A DNA stretch of 64,000 bases from Nitrosopumilus sp. (GCA_965249555.1 OZ252243.1:960001-1024000); one strand, 5' to 3'. Counted from the stretch's first letter, positions 9,891 to 20,758 are shown. The notes: a model not told the origin generated them from the sequence alone. A program made the numbers and translations.

Positions 9891-10559
9891 TTATCGTTTT
9901 TTGGTAAAAAATAGAATACCTACTATAGCAAAAAGACCTATTGCAAGAAAAAATGGATACAAGGCAAAGATATTATCTGCAGGATCACCTGATAGAAACT
10001 CTACAATCATGCTTCCAGAAGTTACTGCAGGAGGATCAGTAGAGCCCTCCAGTCCATGAACAGAGTAAGAATCAATTGCAAATACATCAATAGCTAAATT
10101 GGTAACAACAATTCTTCCTCCGTTGTTGACAGTTAGTCCTGCTCTATCAGTGTAAGATATGAGTACTTTAGCCTCTGGATACCACCCTCTATCCAAATCT
10201 CTAAAAACTACAATGTATCCTTCCTTTGGAGTTTTAACTGCAACCCATAATTTGTTATCAGGTTGTGAACCCATTCCAACTTCAATAAATTCTGTTGCTG
10301 AAAGATCTTGATTATATATTCTAATAACAGCATCTTCATTTGGATTTGCATAAAGTAGATTGTTATCAATTGTTACTTGCCAGCTAACAACATGAACATC
10401 ATCAAGCGATATAACTGGTGCATCACGTAAAACTATGTTAAATTCCTGTGCAGGGATTTCTATTGTATCAATAATTACTGAAGGATTATTCATATCTTGA
10501 GCAAATGCTGGAGTGATAAAAAATCCTGTAAGCAAAACTATTGCAAATAAATATTTCAC
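9891..10559 (-). CDS. Exported hypothetical protein with C-terminal TM anchor
   Basis: Signal peptide ending PAFA; C-terminal hydrophobic helix followed by KKR. Confidence 0.75.
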   Translation of the reverse strand: MKYLFAIVLLTGFFITPAFAQDMNNPSVIIDTIEIPAQEFNIVLRDAPVISLDDVHVVSWQVTIDNNLLYANPNEDAVIRIYNQDLSATEFIEVGMGSQPDNKLWVAVKTPKEGYIVVFRDLDRGWYPEAKVLISYTDRAGLTVNNGGRIVVTNLAIDVFAIDSYSVHGLEGSTDPPAVTSGSMIVEFLSGDPADNIFALYPFFLAIGLFAIVGILFFTKKR

Positions 10560-10589
10560 AAGCTAGAGCAAATTTAATTTAATAAATAT

Positions 10590-11732
10590 CTAATCTACAA
10601 AAGGTTTTGGATGATCTAAAATTACTTTTGCTACTTCTGGTCTTAGAATAAATTCAGATGGGGATTGTCCATTTTGAATCATCTCTCTGAGTTTAGTTCC
10701 ACTAATCTGCTCTTTTGCATCATCATCATGTGGACATGCCTTTGGAGTTGTGTATGTAAGACATTTCTTGCAATAGAAAAATGGTGGGAAAAATACTGGT
10801 GAGATTTCTAATTCTGGATAGTCAGCAAAGATTTTTTGTGCAGCAAATGGATCATAAAATTTTCCTACACCTGCATGGTCTCTACCAATAATGATGTGGG
10901 TACATCCATAGTTTTGTCTCATAATTGCATGATGAATTGCCTCTTTTGGACCAGCATACTTCATCTCAGTATGTAATGTTCCAAGTTTGCATCTATTTTC
11001 TGGATAGTATAATTTTATCATGGTTTCATAGCATTTTACAATAACCTCATCAACAAAATCACCAGACTTTTTCTTTCCAATAATTGGATTAACAAATACT
11101 CCATCACGTGTTGTAATTGATGTCTTTTGTAGCATTTCATGTGCAACATGTGGAGGATTTCTGGTTTGAAATGCACAGATGGTCTTCCATCCTGCTTGTG
11201 CAAATGCTTCTCTTGTTTGTTTAGGAGTTAGTCTATTTTTTCTAATTTCAGTCTCTTCTGGTTTTTGAATATAGTCAATCTTTCCACTTACTAGATAATC
11301 CTTCATGGACATTGTCTTTGCAACACCTGGATGAGATGAGTCAGTTGTTCCATAGACTCCTTGTACAGTCTTTTCTTTATCAAAAGAATATGTTTCCTCA
11401 ACATGCAATACTGCAACACCAGCTCCTTGAGGATTTTTCAATAGTACATCTCCTGATTCTTTCATTTTAGAAGCAGTAGACTCATCAACATCAAGAACAG
11501 TTGGAATGGTCCAAGCTAAATCATTTGCTAATCTTCCTCGTGAAACAACACTTTCAAAGTCTTGTTGTCCCAAGAATCCCTCTAAAGGACTAAAAATTCC
11601 ATCTGCTATATTTTCAACATCATTTGCAAGATCCTCACTAATTGTAATTGAGAATAATCCAGTAGGATCAACTTTGGTAATTCTATTAACTAATACTCCA
11701 CCGTGTGGTTTAATTGAATTATTTTCTGACAT
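10590..11732 (-). CDS. sat: Sulfate adenylyltransferase
   Basis: [28 protein letters not shown]. Confidence 0.96.
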   Translation of the reverse strand: MSENNSIKPHGGVLVNRITKVDPTGLFSITISEDLANDVENIADGIFSPLEGFLGQQDFESVVSRGRLANDLAWTIPTVLDVDESTASKMKESGDVLLKNPQGAGVAVLHVEETYSFDKEKTVQGVYGTTDSSHPGVAKTMSMKDYLVSGKIDYIQKPEETEIRKNRLTPKQTREAFAQAGWKTICAFQTRNPPHVAHEMLQKTSITTRDGVFVNPIIGKKKSGDFVDEVIVKCYETMIKLYYPENRCKLGTLHTEMKYAGPKEAIHHAIMRQNYGCTHIIIGRDHAGVGKFYDPFAAQKIFADYPELEISPVFFPPFFYCKKCLTYTTPKACPHDDDAKEQISGTKLREMIQNGQSPSEFILRPEVAKVILDHPKPFVD

Positions 11733-11741
11733 GTAAATCCT

Positions 11742-12458
11742 CTATTTGTGGTCTATATGAAGGCCACACTCTTTGTTTCCATCTTCTTCCCACCACCATC
11801 TTCCTGCTCGAAGATCTTCTCCAGGTTTTATAGCTCGTGTACAAGGCTCACAACCAACACTTGGATAACCTTTCTCAAGAAGACTGTTTTGTGGAAGATT
11901 ATTCTTTTTGATATATTCTTGAATTTGATCCCAAGTCCAATCAATTATTGGATTAATCTTTAGCATTCCTCCATGTCCATGGTCTAGTTGAAAAATTGTA
12001 CCATTTTCTCGAGTTTTGGTCTGATCACGTCTCAATCCAGTAATCCAACCATCTAAGGTACTCAGCATTCTATTAATTGGATGTACTTTACGAATTTCAC
12101 AACACAATTTTCTATTCTCTACACTTTCATAGAATAGATTCAATCCCTTTTCTCTAACCATATCTTCAACTTCTTTGGTATCAGGAAATAGTACTTCAAT
12201 TGAAATATTGTATTTTTTTCGTACAACATCCATAATGTCGTAGGTTTCTTGTGGTAGTCTTCCAGTATCTAACGTAAAGAATCTAAATTTTGGGTTAATT
12301 TTTAGCATAATATCCATAATTACTGAATCTTCTGCACCAAAGCTTGATGCCTTTGCAACTTTAGGGTGAAGGTTATCTGAGACCCATTGAAGTGCCTCTT
12401 CAGCAGTCTTTATTCTTGAGTTAAGATCATCTACTTGTTCTTGTGTGAATTTTGTCAT
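11742..12458 (-). CDS. cysH: APS/PAPS reductase, FeS-type
   Basis: LDTGRL, CCEIRK, GYPSVGCEPCT, ECGLH. Confidence 0.93.
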   Translation of the reverse strand: MTKFTQEQVDDLNSRIKTAEEALQWVSDNLHPKVAKASSFGAEDSVIMDIMLKINPKFRFFTLDTGRLPQETYDIMDVVRKKYNISIEVLFPDTKEVEDMVREKGLNLFYESVENRKLCCEIRKVHPINRMLSTLDGWITGLRRDQTKTRENGTIFQLDHGHGGMLKINPIIDWTWDQIQEYIKKNNLPQNSLLEKGYPSVGCEPCTRAIKPGEDLRAGRWWWEEDGNKECGLHIDHK

Positions 12459-12541
12459 ATTTTCACTTAAAGTATTTGTTTTATATTGATTACCCGAGTT
12501 TTATCCTAAATTATAAACAAGTAGATTTCAAAATAGAAAAT

Positions 12542-13657
12542 ATGAATGAAATATCATATGTTGTAGTTTTTCCAACTATATTTTCAAGAAATAAAATTTC
12601 ACATCTAATTACAAATATAAAAAAAATTCTTAAAATAAAAAATCAACAATTCAAATCTGTAAAACGTGATGGTGATGTGATTTTGGTTGATGCAAATGAT
12701 CCTGTATTTGCATCATCTGCCATCAATTTACTTTTTGGAATAGAAAAAATTGCAATTGCAAGACATATAAAAAATAATTTTCAAGATATTGTTTCTGAGA
12801 TTACATCTGTAGGTGGTAATCTACTCTTAAAGGGAGAGAAATTTCTAGTAAAAGTTGAAGGGGTATCAAAAGGATTTCTTACAAAAGATGTAGAGATTGC
12901 AGCAACATCAAATATAATAGAAAAAAAATCAAATTTAGGAGCTCGTCCTGGAACAGAAGAAGATTACGATAAATTATTGTATACATATTTAACAAAAAAT
13001 AATGCATACATCTGTATTTTTTCAGATAAAGGTAAGGGTGGTATTCCATATCAATCACAAAATCAGAAAACAATTTGTGCAGTATATGATGAAATATCTG
13101 CAGTTTCTTGTTTTGAGACAATAAAACAAGGTTATGATACTAAAATCATAGTATGTTATAGACAAAAATCAGAATTAATGAATTTGGCCAAAATAATTAA
13201 TCAAATAATTCCAAGATTAGTACAAGACAGGATTGAATTAGAATTTTATCAATTAAAAATAAAACCAAATGGAATTAAAAATTACTTGATCTATGTAAAT
13301 TCAATACTAGAGATAATGCTGCAACATTCAAACAGCCGTATATCATTAGCTTTATCACCATTAGTATTTTCTACAGATTTTATTGATAGTTCATTAAAGC
13401 GTGTATTTGAAAAAAAGAAAATTCCAATAATTCCACTTGCTGGAGTAGACACCAATTTGTTTGATGAAGCAAAAGAGATTGGGTTGGAAAGAAATGTCAA
13501 AAAATTGGAAAAAATAGTCACAATCAATTCAAATGAAATTCCAGTTTTTTCAAAAAAAGAAGTAGGATCTGCACTTAAAACAAAGAAAAAAATTTCAATT
13601 CAGGTAGGACCTAACAATCTTCATGATATTTTAGATTCACTAGAGGAAAATCACTGA
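12542..13657 (+). CDS. THUMP-domain ThiI-like protein with degenerate PP-loop
   Basis: N-terminal THUMP-like region and GKGGIPY linker; AVYDEIS instead of SGGxDS; likely start ATG 12542. Confidence 0.65.
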   Translation: MNEISYVVVFPTIFSRNKISHLITNIKKILKIKNQQFKSVKRDGDVILVDANDPVFASSAINLLFGIEKIAIARHIKNNFQDIVSEITSVGGNLLLKGEKFLVKVEGVSKGFLTKDVEIAATSNIIEKKSNLGARPGTEEDYDKLLYTYLTKNNAYICIFSDKGKGGIPYQSQNQKTICAVYDEISAVSCFETIKQGYDTKIIVCYRQKSELMNLAKIINQIIPRLVQDRIELEFYQLKIKPNGIKNYLIYVNSILEIMLQHSNSRISLALSPLVFSTDFIDSSLKRVFEKKKIPIIPLAGVDTNLFDEAKEIGLERNVKKLEKIVTINSNEIPVFSKKEVGSALKTKKKISIQVGPNNLHDILDSLEENH

Positions 13658-13687
13658 GAATTTAAACGGCATATTTGGTTTCATATT

Positions 13688-14923
13688 GTGCTCAAAATAG
13701 GAGAATTCATCTATCCATGGGGAAGTGGTCATTATTCTCGAATGATGAGGTTAAATGACGTATTAGGAGACTACATAAAAGAAGACTTTGATGTTCATTT
13801 TTCAAGCAAAGATCATGTTTATGAGAAATTATTAAAAAAATTTCCAAATGAAAAAGAAAAAATTCATGAGATCTTAATGCCAACACCAATTGATGGTAAA
13901 TTTGGGCCAAGTGTTTCAATGTCGTTAATGAATTTGTTATTACCAGTTTCAAAGAACCCTCCATTGGTAAGACAGATTGCAAACTATTTGAGAGAGGAAA
14001 GAAAACTCTACAACAAAGAAAAATTTGATCTTGTAATCAATGATGGAGATATGGGTTCAAATATTTTGGCAAAAAATCGAAACATACCAAGTTTGTTTGT
14101 AACAAACCAATTTAGACCTAAACTGTACAATTCAAGATCATATCTGTATCCATCATTAATCTTTATTGCAAAACAAATTGTTAAAGCATCAAAAATTCTT
14201 GTTGCAGATTCACCACCTCCATATACTGTTTGTGAATATAATCTAAATTTTATAAAAGAAGCAGAAGAAAAGGTAACTTATGTAGGATATTTTACAAATA
14301 ATAAACAAATCAAAAAAGAAGATAGTTCGGATCTTGAAAAATTAGTTGAAAATAATGAATTTGGTTATTGGATGAGAACTGGAAACAAATCAACTAATGA
14401 TGGAACTGGTCAGCGATATGAAGAAGCATTTCATCAAGATGAGATGAGTAATGAAAAAAGAATTGTTTCACATGCAAGAAATGATTCAAACATAGATTCT
14501 GTTATAGGAAAAGATGGAAAGAAATATTCAATTTCAGAGGCTTTGGATAAAAAGATAGATTGGATACAAATTGATATTGGTTTTCTTTCAGAACAAGAAA
14601 AAGATACAATACTGAATTTGTGTAGATATGCAGTTGTCAATGGTTCTCATACTGTAATGGGTGAGATTATGGGTGAAAAATCAAAACCAATAATTGGAAT
14701 TCCAATTTATGATGAGCACACAAATAACATTAGATGGGCAGAGGAGAAAAATCTAGGTGTACTAGCCATAAAAACAAAGCAAGTAACTCAAGCAATCTCC
14801 AAAATTAAAGAGAATTATGAAGAATTTGAGGAACATTTGAGTGAATTTTCAAAGAATTTTGTTCCTAATGGGGCAAAGAATTCAGCAAAGATTGCGGCTC
14901 AAACTTTGGAAGAAAAGAGATAA
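13688..14923 (+). CDS. GT-B glycosyltransferase (GT28/UGT-like)
   Basis: GSGHYSR N-terminal motif; NGSHTVMGE...IPIYDEH C-terminal motif. Confidence 0.8.
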   Translation: MLKIGEFIYPWGSGHYSRMMRLNDVLGDYIKEDFDVHFSSKDHVYEKLLKKFPNEKEKIHEILMPTPIDGKFGPSVSMSLMNLLLPVSKNPPLVRQIANYLREERKLYNKEKFDLVINDGDMGSNILAKNRNIPSLFVTNQFRPKLYNSRSYLYPSLIFIAKQIVKASKILVADSPPPYTVCEYNLNFIKEAEEKVTYVGYFTNNKQIKKEDSSDLEKLVENNEFGYWMRTGNKSTNDGTGQRYEEAFHQDEMSNEKRIVSHARNDSNIDSVIGKDGKKYSISEALDKKIDWIQIDIGFLSEQEKDTILNLCRYAVVNGSHTVMGEIMGEKSKPIIGIPIYDEHTNNIRWAEEKNLGVLAIKTKQVTQAISKIKENYEEFEEHLSEFSKNFVPNGAKNSAKIAAQTLEEKR

Positions 14924-14947
14924 TACATTATTTTTTGAATTTTGTTT

Positions 14948-15015
14948 ATCTGGCACGCGGGATTTCGATGGGCGAACGGACCGCAAGGGATGATGAAAAA
15001 ATCCGCGTGTCAGAT
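14948..15015 (+). ncRNA. Candidate structured small RNA (GC-rich hairpin with tandem GA pairs and GCAA tetraloop)
   Basis: ATCTGGCACGCGG pairs with CCGCGTGTCAGAT (one G-U, valid on + strand); apical cgGAcc-GCAA-ggGAtg; contains TGATGA. Confidence 0.55.
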
Positions 15016-15076
15016 TAATATCGATCAGTTATGAGTGTGGGAACGCTTTTATGGAAAAAATCTAGCCAAATCAACA

Positions 15077-15385
15077 GTGCCTAATTGTCCAGAGTGTACA
15101 GCAAGAGAGAAAAAGAAGATTATAGTAAAATATGAAGCAGAAACTGCTGAGGAAAATAGAGGCAGAGACGATTTATACAAATTGTTTGATACAATTGAAA
15201 TTCCAATGAAAATGGATTCTGCTACAAAGCATTTCATTTGTAAAAGATGTGGATTATACGCAACAAGAGAACAAGTATCAGACATTAGATACAAACTAAA
15301 TCAAAGAGAGAAAACACGTGAAGATAAACATGATGACTATTTAGAATGGTGGTCAAAAAGTAAAAAAGAAAAAGCAGAAAACTAG
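15077..15385 (+). CDS. Small zinc-finger protein (two CxxC)
   Basis: CPEC and CKRC; likely start GTG 15077 after a TATA-like CTTTTAT (track start 15035). Confidence 0.75.
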   Translation: MPNCPECTAREKKKIIVKYEAETAEENRGRDDLYKLFDTIEIPMKMDSATKHFICKRCGLYATREQVSDIRYKLNQREKTREDKHDDYLEWWSKSKKEKAEN

Positions 15386-15397
15386 AGTAAATTTGAT

Positions 15398-15799
15398 ATG
15401 GTAAAAAAGAAAGAAGATGAAATTCCTGATTGGGTTTCTGATGAAATTCAAAATGCAAAATTTAAGAAACCAGAAGAGATGAAAAAAAGTGGATACATTC
15501 TTGAATTTTATAATGCAGATAACAAAGTAGATGTGCAGTTGTATGATCCTATAGAAGATGGAAGACATATTGTTACAATGGACTTGGTAAAAAAGATAAA
15601 AATTGATGATTTGGTTAAGGGAGAAGTTTATGAGTTTGTTTTTGATCAACATAAAGCTCCTATAAGCAAAAAAGCTTCAGAATATCTAGACAAAGAAAAA
15701 GAAATTGAGATGACTGCAATTTACCAATTTGAATTAAAATCACTAGAATTGTTAGAGGTAAGCTCTAGTGGGACTGCAGATGACGACGCAGAAGAATAA
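15398..15799 (+). CDS. Hypothetical acidic protein
   Basis: 133-aa ORF with normal composition, 12 bp after the zinc-finger gene. Confidence 0.75.
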   Translation: MVKKKEDEIPDWVSDEIQNAKFKKPEEMKKSGYILEFYNADNKVDVQLYDPIEDGRHIVTMDLVKKIKIDDLVKGEVYEFVFDQHKAPISKKASEYLDKEKEIEMTAIYQFELKSLELLEVSSSGTADDDAEE

Positions 15800-15801
15800 A
15801 G

Positions 15802-16599
15802 CTAGTCTTTTGTAGAATCTAATTGTTTTTTGAAAGATTTTCCCAATATAGGATTGACAAAGTAAGGAAATGTATGCTTCATCCATACTGCTCCACGTAC
15901 TACAGATGGAACTATGATTTCCAGTCTTGGAGAGTTTGCTGCCTTCAAAATTGCTTTGGCTACTGCTTTAGAACTAAGTGACATTGGAGAGTATTTTGGC
16001 ATTTTTTCAAACGAAGAATGATCAAAAAAATCAGTTCTAACCATAATTGGACTAACAACAGTAATTCCAACTCCGGTATCTTTTAGCTCGTACTTGAGAC
16101 CCTCAGAGAATCCCAACATCGCAAATTTAGATGCACAATACGAAGCGATTCCAGGCAAACCAAAGCTTGCTGCAACAGATGCAACATTTATGATATGAGC
16201 AGATTTTTTCTTTAGCATTGATGGTAGAAAATTTTTGATGCAGTAAATCATACCAAAGTAATTTGTTTCCATCTGGGATTCTATCTCATCTATACTAAGA
16301 TCAGATACAGAACCATAAATTGCAAAACCAGCATTATTTACCAAAATATCAATAGAATCAAATTTTTCTAAAACCATTTTTGACATTTCTTTTACTTGAT
16401 CTTTTTTTGAAACATCACATTGACAAACTAGTACAGATGTTTGAAATTCTTTTAATTCATTTTCAACTTGTTCAAGTTTATCTTTTCTTCTTGCAACTAA
16501 AATTATGTTAGCTCCTAGTTTTGCAAATTCTATTGCTGTTTGTTTACCAATTCCAGATGATGCACCAGTAATTAGAACCATTTTACTTTTGAAATCCAC
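15802..16599 (-). CDS. Short-chain dehydrogenase/reductase
   Basis: TGASSGIG, NNAG, YCASK. Confidence 0.92.
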   Translation of the reverse strand: MDFKSKMVLITGASSGIGKQTAIEFAKLGANIILVARRKDKLEQVENELKEFQTSVLVCQCDVSKKDQVKEMSKMVLEKFDSIDILVNNAGFAIYGSVSDLSIDEIESQMETNYFGMIYCIKNFLPSMLKKKSAHIINVASVAASFGLPGIASYCASKFAMLGFSEGLKYELKDTGVGITVVSPIMVRTDFFDHSSFEKMPKYSPMSLSSKAVAKAILKAANSPRLEIIVPSVVRGAVWMKHTFPYFVNPILGKSFKKQLDSTKD

Positions 16600-16672
16600 A
16601 AATTAAAAAAATCGTTTAAAGATAAAGTGGTTTCTATTGGATATTTTTCCATATAAATAAACTAGCGATGAA

Positions 16673-17734
16673 TTATTTTATTTTTTTATCAGTGCTATCT
16701 GAAGTTTTCTTTGGAATCTTACTTAGAGCCAATTTAACCAACAAGAGCCAGGTTATGCCTATAGGCACATAATAAGTTGCAATTCTCCAACCAATTACTG
16801 CATCCCATGCTAAACTTCCTTCAGGGATTTCTAAATTAAATGGATTCAGATTATGCAAATATGCAACAATTCCAAATTCAGCTAATCCTGAACCACCAAT
16901 AGTAATTGGCATGTTTCCAATTGCATTTGCTCCCATTACTGCCATAATTGAATCAAATGCATTAATCACATATCCTGTTCCCATAGCAATTATCATAAAT
17001 GATATTCCATAAAATGACCAAGAAACAATTGATATTAGAAATGAAATTGTGAATATTTTTCTTGATTCAGTAGTCTTTAGATTTTTTCTGCTCATCATAC
17101 ATATTTCTTCCATCCAAGTATTTGCTTGTTGAACATATTTCTCACCTTTTTCTTTTCCAATTCGTATGACCAAATCAGAGCAAACTTTTGGTATTAGAAT
17201 AATTCTTTTAGATGATAAGAAGAATAGGGTAATCCAAAGTATAGTTACAATTAAACTAGTTATCATAATTATAGTACCAACTACATATGCACCATGCATG
17301 AATGCAAGAATTCCTGCCATAATTGACAATAAGCCTGCAGCAAGAACTTCGGTAACTATATCCATTATTGCAATCCAAGTTGCTTTTGCAGTTTCAACTC
17401 TTTTCTTTTTCAAATAATATATGACTACAAATTCAGCTCCAATAAACATCGGAGTTGTAAATTTGATAAACTCACTTCCAACTCTTACACCAATTAGATT
17501 CCAAACAGAATCAAACTTTGGCAGATATTTTCGTGTGATATATACAAATTTTATTCCCTGCAAGCCCAGTTTCATCATCATTGCAGCAATAGCTCCTAAA
17601 AATGGCAAAATTCCAATTGCCAAGACATCTTCAATGTTTATGTCAAATTGAATAGCAATAATGAAAATAGGGATTAGAGTGATAGGTATGGCTACAAGTC
17701 TCCAGTTCATTTGATGATTTTTTTGAATAATCAA
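16673..17734 (-). CDS. UPF0104 / LPG-synthase TM-like flippase membrane protein
   Basis: FTTPMFIGAE, PITIGGSGLAEFG, WRIATYY; multiple TM helices. Confidence 0.8.
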   Translation of the reverse strand: MIIQKNHQMNWRLVAIPITLIPIFIIAIQFDINIEDVLAIGILPFLGAIAAMMMKLGLQGIKFVYITRKYLPKFDSVWNLIGVRVGSEFIKFTTPMFIGAEFVVIYYLKKKRVETAKATWIAIMDIVTEVLAAGLLSIMAGILAFMHGAYVVGTIIMITSLIVTILWITLFFLSSKRIILIPKVCSDLVIRIGKEKGEKYVQQANTWMEEICMMSRKNLKTTESRKIFTISFLISIVSWSFYGISFMIIAMGTGYVINAFDSIMAVMGANAIGNMPITIGGSGLAEFGIVAYLHNLNPFNLEIPEGSLAWDAVIGWRIATYYVPIGITWLLLVKLALSKIPKKTSDSTDKKIK

Positions 17735-17801
17735 ATAATAAAGTTGATGAAATTATAGTCATCAAAAATTGTATGCCTAATTTTAGGCGTAAAAATGTGA
17801 G

Positions 17802-17954
17802 TTAATCGATGTTTTTTTGTTGATTTTGAAGTTCTTGTTTGATCTCAGCAAATAACGGATCTAACATGTCAAAATCTGAAAGATTTCTTTCTTGTAGTAA
17901 TTTTACTACCAGATCTTTGAGATGAGCTTCTTTTTCAGATATAGTTTGAATCAC
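17802..17954 (-). CDS. Small hypothetical protein (50 aa), below the track threshold
   Basis: GTG start; MIQTISEKEAHLKDLVVKLLQERNLSDFDMLDPLFAEIKQELQNQQKNID*. Confidence 0.5.
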   Translation of the reverse strand: MIQTISEKEAHLKDLVVKLLQERNLSDFDMLDPLFAEIKQELQNQQKNID

Positions 17955-18090
17955 AAATGAAATAGAATTGAATTAGTTAAAGATCTGATGGAATTTTATC
18001 TGATTTTTCAATACCAATTTGGTATCTTCTAAGAAGAAATGATAATCAAGCTAGTTTGAAATATAAGCAAAGAAAGAAAATTAGACAGGA

Positions 18091-18849
18091 TTGAAGTCAA
18101 TTTTTATTTCTGGTACAGCTGGTGCAGGAAAATCATTGCTTACATCAAAGTTATACGAATATTATATAAAAAACGGAGCATTTGCAGCTATTTTGAATTT
18201 AGATCCAGGTGTCGAAAGTTTACCATACACTTGTGATATTGATGTAAGAGACTATGTGGATATTGTGTCTATAATGCAACAATATGATCTTGGTCCGAAT
18301 GGTGCTTTAATAATGGCCAATGATTTGATTGCATCAAAAATTGATGATATCCAAAATGAGGTAAATAGAGTAAATCCTGATTATCTAATTGTTGACACAC
18401 CTGGACAAATTGAATTGTTTGCATATCGTTCTAGTGGACCTTTTCTTGTAGAGAATATTTCATCAGAAGAAAAAACAAGTATATTTCTTTTTGATGGTGC
18501 ATTGATCACATCACCAGTAAATTTTGTTTCAATTGCACTTCTTGCAACATCAATAAGACTACGTTTGAAATTATCAACAATTAATGTATTAACAAAAACA
18601 GATCTAATTGGTACTAAACTAAAAGATATACTACGATGGACAACAAGTCTGAGTACGTTAGAAAATGCAATTGCTAAAGAGGCAGATGGGGAAACCTATA
18701 CTTTAACTACAAATATTTTACGAGGTTTGAATCTTGGTGGATTTGCACAAGGATTGATTCCAGTTTCAAATGTTACAGGAGAGGGTTTTGTGAATCTTGA
18801 AGGTGCCCTTAGTAGAATTCTTAACTTGGGTGAAGAGGTAGAAGATTAG
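18091..18849 (+). CDS. GPN-loop GTPase
   Basis: GTAGAGKS, NLDPG, LGPNG, DTPGQIE, TKTD. Confidence 0.93.
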   Translation: MKSIFISGTAGAGKSLLTSKLYEYYIKNGAFAAILNLDPGVESLPYTCDIDVRDYVDIVSIMQQYDLGPNGALIMANDLIASKIDDIQNEVNRVNPDYLIVDTPGQIELFAYRSSGPFLVENISSEEKTSIFLFDGALITSPVNFVSIALLATSIRLRLKLSTINVLTKTDLIGTKLKDILRWTTSLSTLENAIAKEADGETYTLTTNILRGLNLGGFAQGLIPVSNVTGEGFVNLEGALSRILNLGEEVED

Positions 18850-19773
18850 TTGGTCTCAAAGATTACCATAAAGGCACCATCATCTACTGCAAACCTAGGT
18901 CCAGGATTTGATGTATTTGGATTAGCAATAGATGCATTTCATGATGAAGTAACATTAACCAAAACAAAAAGTGGAATTACAATAATTACAGATGACAGTA
19001 TTCCAATGAATCCTGAAAATAATACTGCAGGATTGGTTGTAAAAAATATGAAAAGAAAATTCAAAATCAAAGATGGTGTTGAAATTAAAATCAAAAAAGG
19101 AGTTCCTGCAGGATTTGGAATGGGAAGTAGTGCAGCATCAGCGTCAGCAGCTGCTGTAGCATTTGATAAACTCTTTGGACTCAAGCTTGATGGAAACTCA
19201 CTAGTAGAATTTGCAGGTTCAGGAGAAAAAGCTAGTGCAGGCTCGGTTCATTTTGATAATGTTGCTGCTTCTGTTTTGGGAGGGTTTGTGATTGTAAAGA
19301 CAAATCCTTTAGATGTAATTAGAATAGAACCTCCAAAAAATCTTAGAATGTGTATTGCAGTTCCAGATGTTGATGTTCCAGAAAAGAAGACAAAAGTATC
19401 AAGAGGGGTAATTCCAAGGAGAATCAAGTTTACAGATAGTATTTTGAATCTATCAAATGCATCAGCGATTATTGCAGGATTTATGAAAAGAGACCCAGAG
19501 TTGATTGGAAATTCAATTAAAGATGTGATAGTTGAGCCTGCAAGACAACATATGATACCAGGATTTGCTAAAGTCAAGCAAAATGCCCTAAAAGCTGGAG
19601 CATTTGGTGTTACAATAAGCGGAGCAGGACCTTCAGTAATTGCATTTTCAAAAAGTTCTGCTAATTTAAAAAAGATCAGTTTATCTATGTCAAAAGGATT
19701 TTCATCTAGAAAAATAAAATGTAAAATAATAATCTGTAAACCAAGTAAGGGTGCTGCAGATAAGAGAAAATAA
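18850..19773 (+). CDS. thrB: Homoserine kinase
   Basis: ANLGPGFDVFG, GMGSSAAS, HFDNVA, SGAGPS. Confidence 0.95.
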   Translation: MVSKITIKAPSSTANLGPGFDVFGLAIDAFHDEVTLTKTKSGITIITDDSIPMNPENNTAGLVVKNMKRKFKIKDGVEIKIKKGVPAGFGMGSSAASASAAAVAFDKLFGLKLDGNSLVEFAGSGEKASAGSVHFDNVAASVLGGFVIVKTNPLDVIRIEPPKNLRMCIAVPDVDVPEKKTKVSRGVIPRRIKFTDSILNLSNASAIIAGFMKRDPELIGNSIKDVIVEPARQHMIPGFAKVKQNALKAGAFGVTISGAGPSVIAFSKSSANLKKISLSMSKGFSSRKIKCKIIICKPSKGAADKRK

Positions 19774-19788
19774 TTTTAGTGTGATTTT

Positions 19789-20463
19789 ATGAAAAAAGCA
19801 GTCATTGTATTTAGTGGAGGAATTGACTCTGTTTGTGCAGTTTCATTTTTGAAATCAAAGTATGAGTTGTACGGTATTACGTTTTCATATGGACAAAAGG
19901 CAAATAGTGAAATTTTAGCAGCAAAATCTTTTGCAAAAAAACTTGGATTAAAACAGCATAAAGTAATTGATATTGGTTTTATGAAAGAATTGTATGGTGA
20001 TTCTAATGTTTTAACAAGCACAAAAAGAAAAATTCCAAGTAAATTTGAGTACTCAATTGTAGTTCCAATTAGAAATGCAGTATTTCTATCAGTTGCATCA
20101 GCATGGGCTTTTACACTTAATGCTTCATTGGTTGTATACGGTGCTCATATTGGAGATAAACATTATCCTGATTGCAGACCAACTTTTACAAAAAAACTAG
20201 AAGCTGCATTTAATCAGGGAGAGCTTGATGGAATAAATTCAGGATTACGAAAGAGTATCAAGATTTGGTCACCTTATCGTGAAGGATTATCAAAGAAGGA
20301 TCTGCTAAAAGCAGGAATGAAGGTTTTGGGTAATTCCATCTTTAAGACATGGAGTTGTTATTCAAATAAAAAATATCATTGTGGGGTTTGTGAATCTTGC
20401 AATAACAGAAAAATTGCGTTTCAGAAAGCTGGTATTACAGATATGACAAAATATCTTAAATAA
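19789..20463 (+). CDS. queC: 7-cyano-7-deazaguanine synthase
   Basis: FSGGIDS, VPIRN, YPDCR, SCY...CGVCESC. Confidence 0.95.
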   Translation: MKKAVIVFSGGIDSVCAVSFLKSKYELYGITFSYGQKANSEILAAKSFAKKLGLKQHKVIDIGFMKELYGDSNVLTSTKRKIPSKFEYSIVVPIRNAVFLSVASAWAFTLNASLVVYGAHIGDKHYPDCRPTFTKKLEAAFNQGELDGINSGLRKSIKIWSPYREGLSKKDLLKAGMKVLGNSIFKTWSCYSNKKYHCGVCESCNNRKIAFQKAGITDMTKYLK

Positions 20464-20465
20464 TT

Positions 20466-20717
20466 CTAGTATCTATTTCTAAGAATTTTCTTTTTTAGAA
20501 TAAAACCTCTAATTCCAATATACCAAACTAAGAAGAACGTTCCAAAAATTCCTGTGATCACATAGTTATGTATGTCTACAGGGAGTTCTCCAAGAGAGTC
20601 AGTAATTTTAACTGCTGCTAGAAAAGAGAGTACAATTAGAAGTACACATTCTGCCGCATACCATATCCAGTGAGGAAATGATTCCTTTGGAATGTGAATA
20701 TTTGGATGTACTACCAT
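20466..20717 (-). CDS. Small 2-TM hypothetical protein
   Basis: 83-aa ORF with two hydrophobic helices. Confidence 0.65.
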   Translation of the reverse strand: MVVHPNIHIPKESFPHWIWYAAECVLLIVLSFLAAVKITDSLGELPVDIHNYVITGIFGTFFLVWYIGIRGFILKKKILRNRY

Positions 20718-20758
20718 ATTTGTAATTGAAAAGATAGATTATTTAATTTTTGTATATT

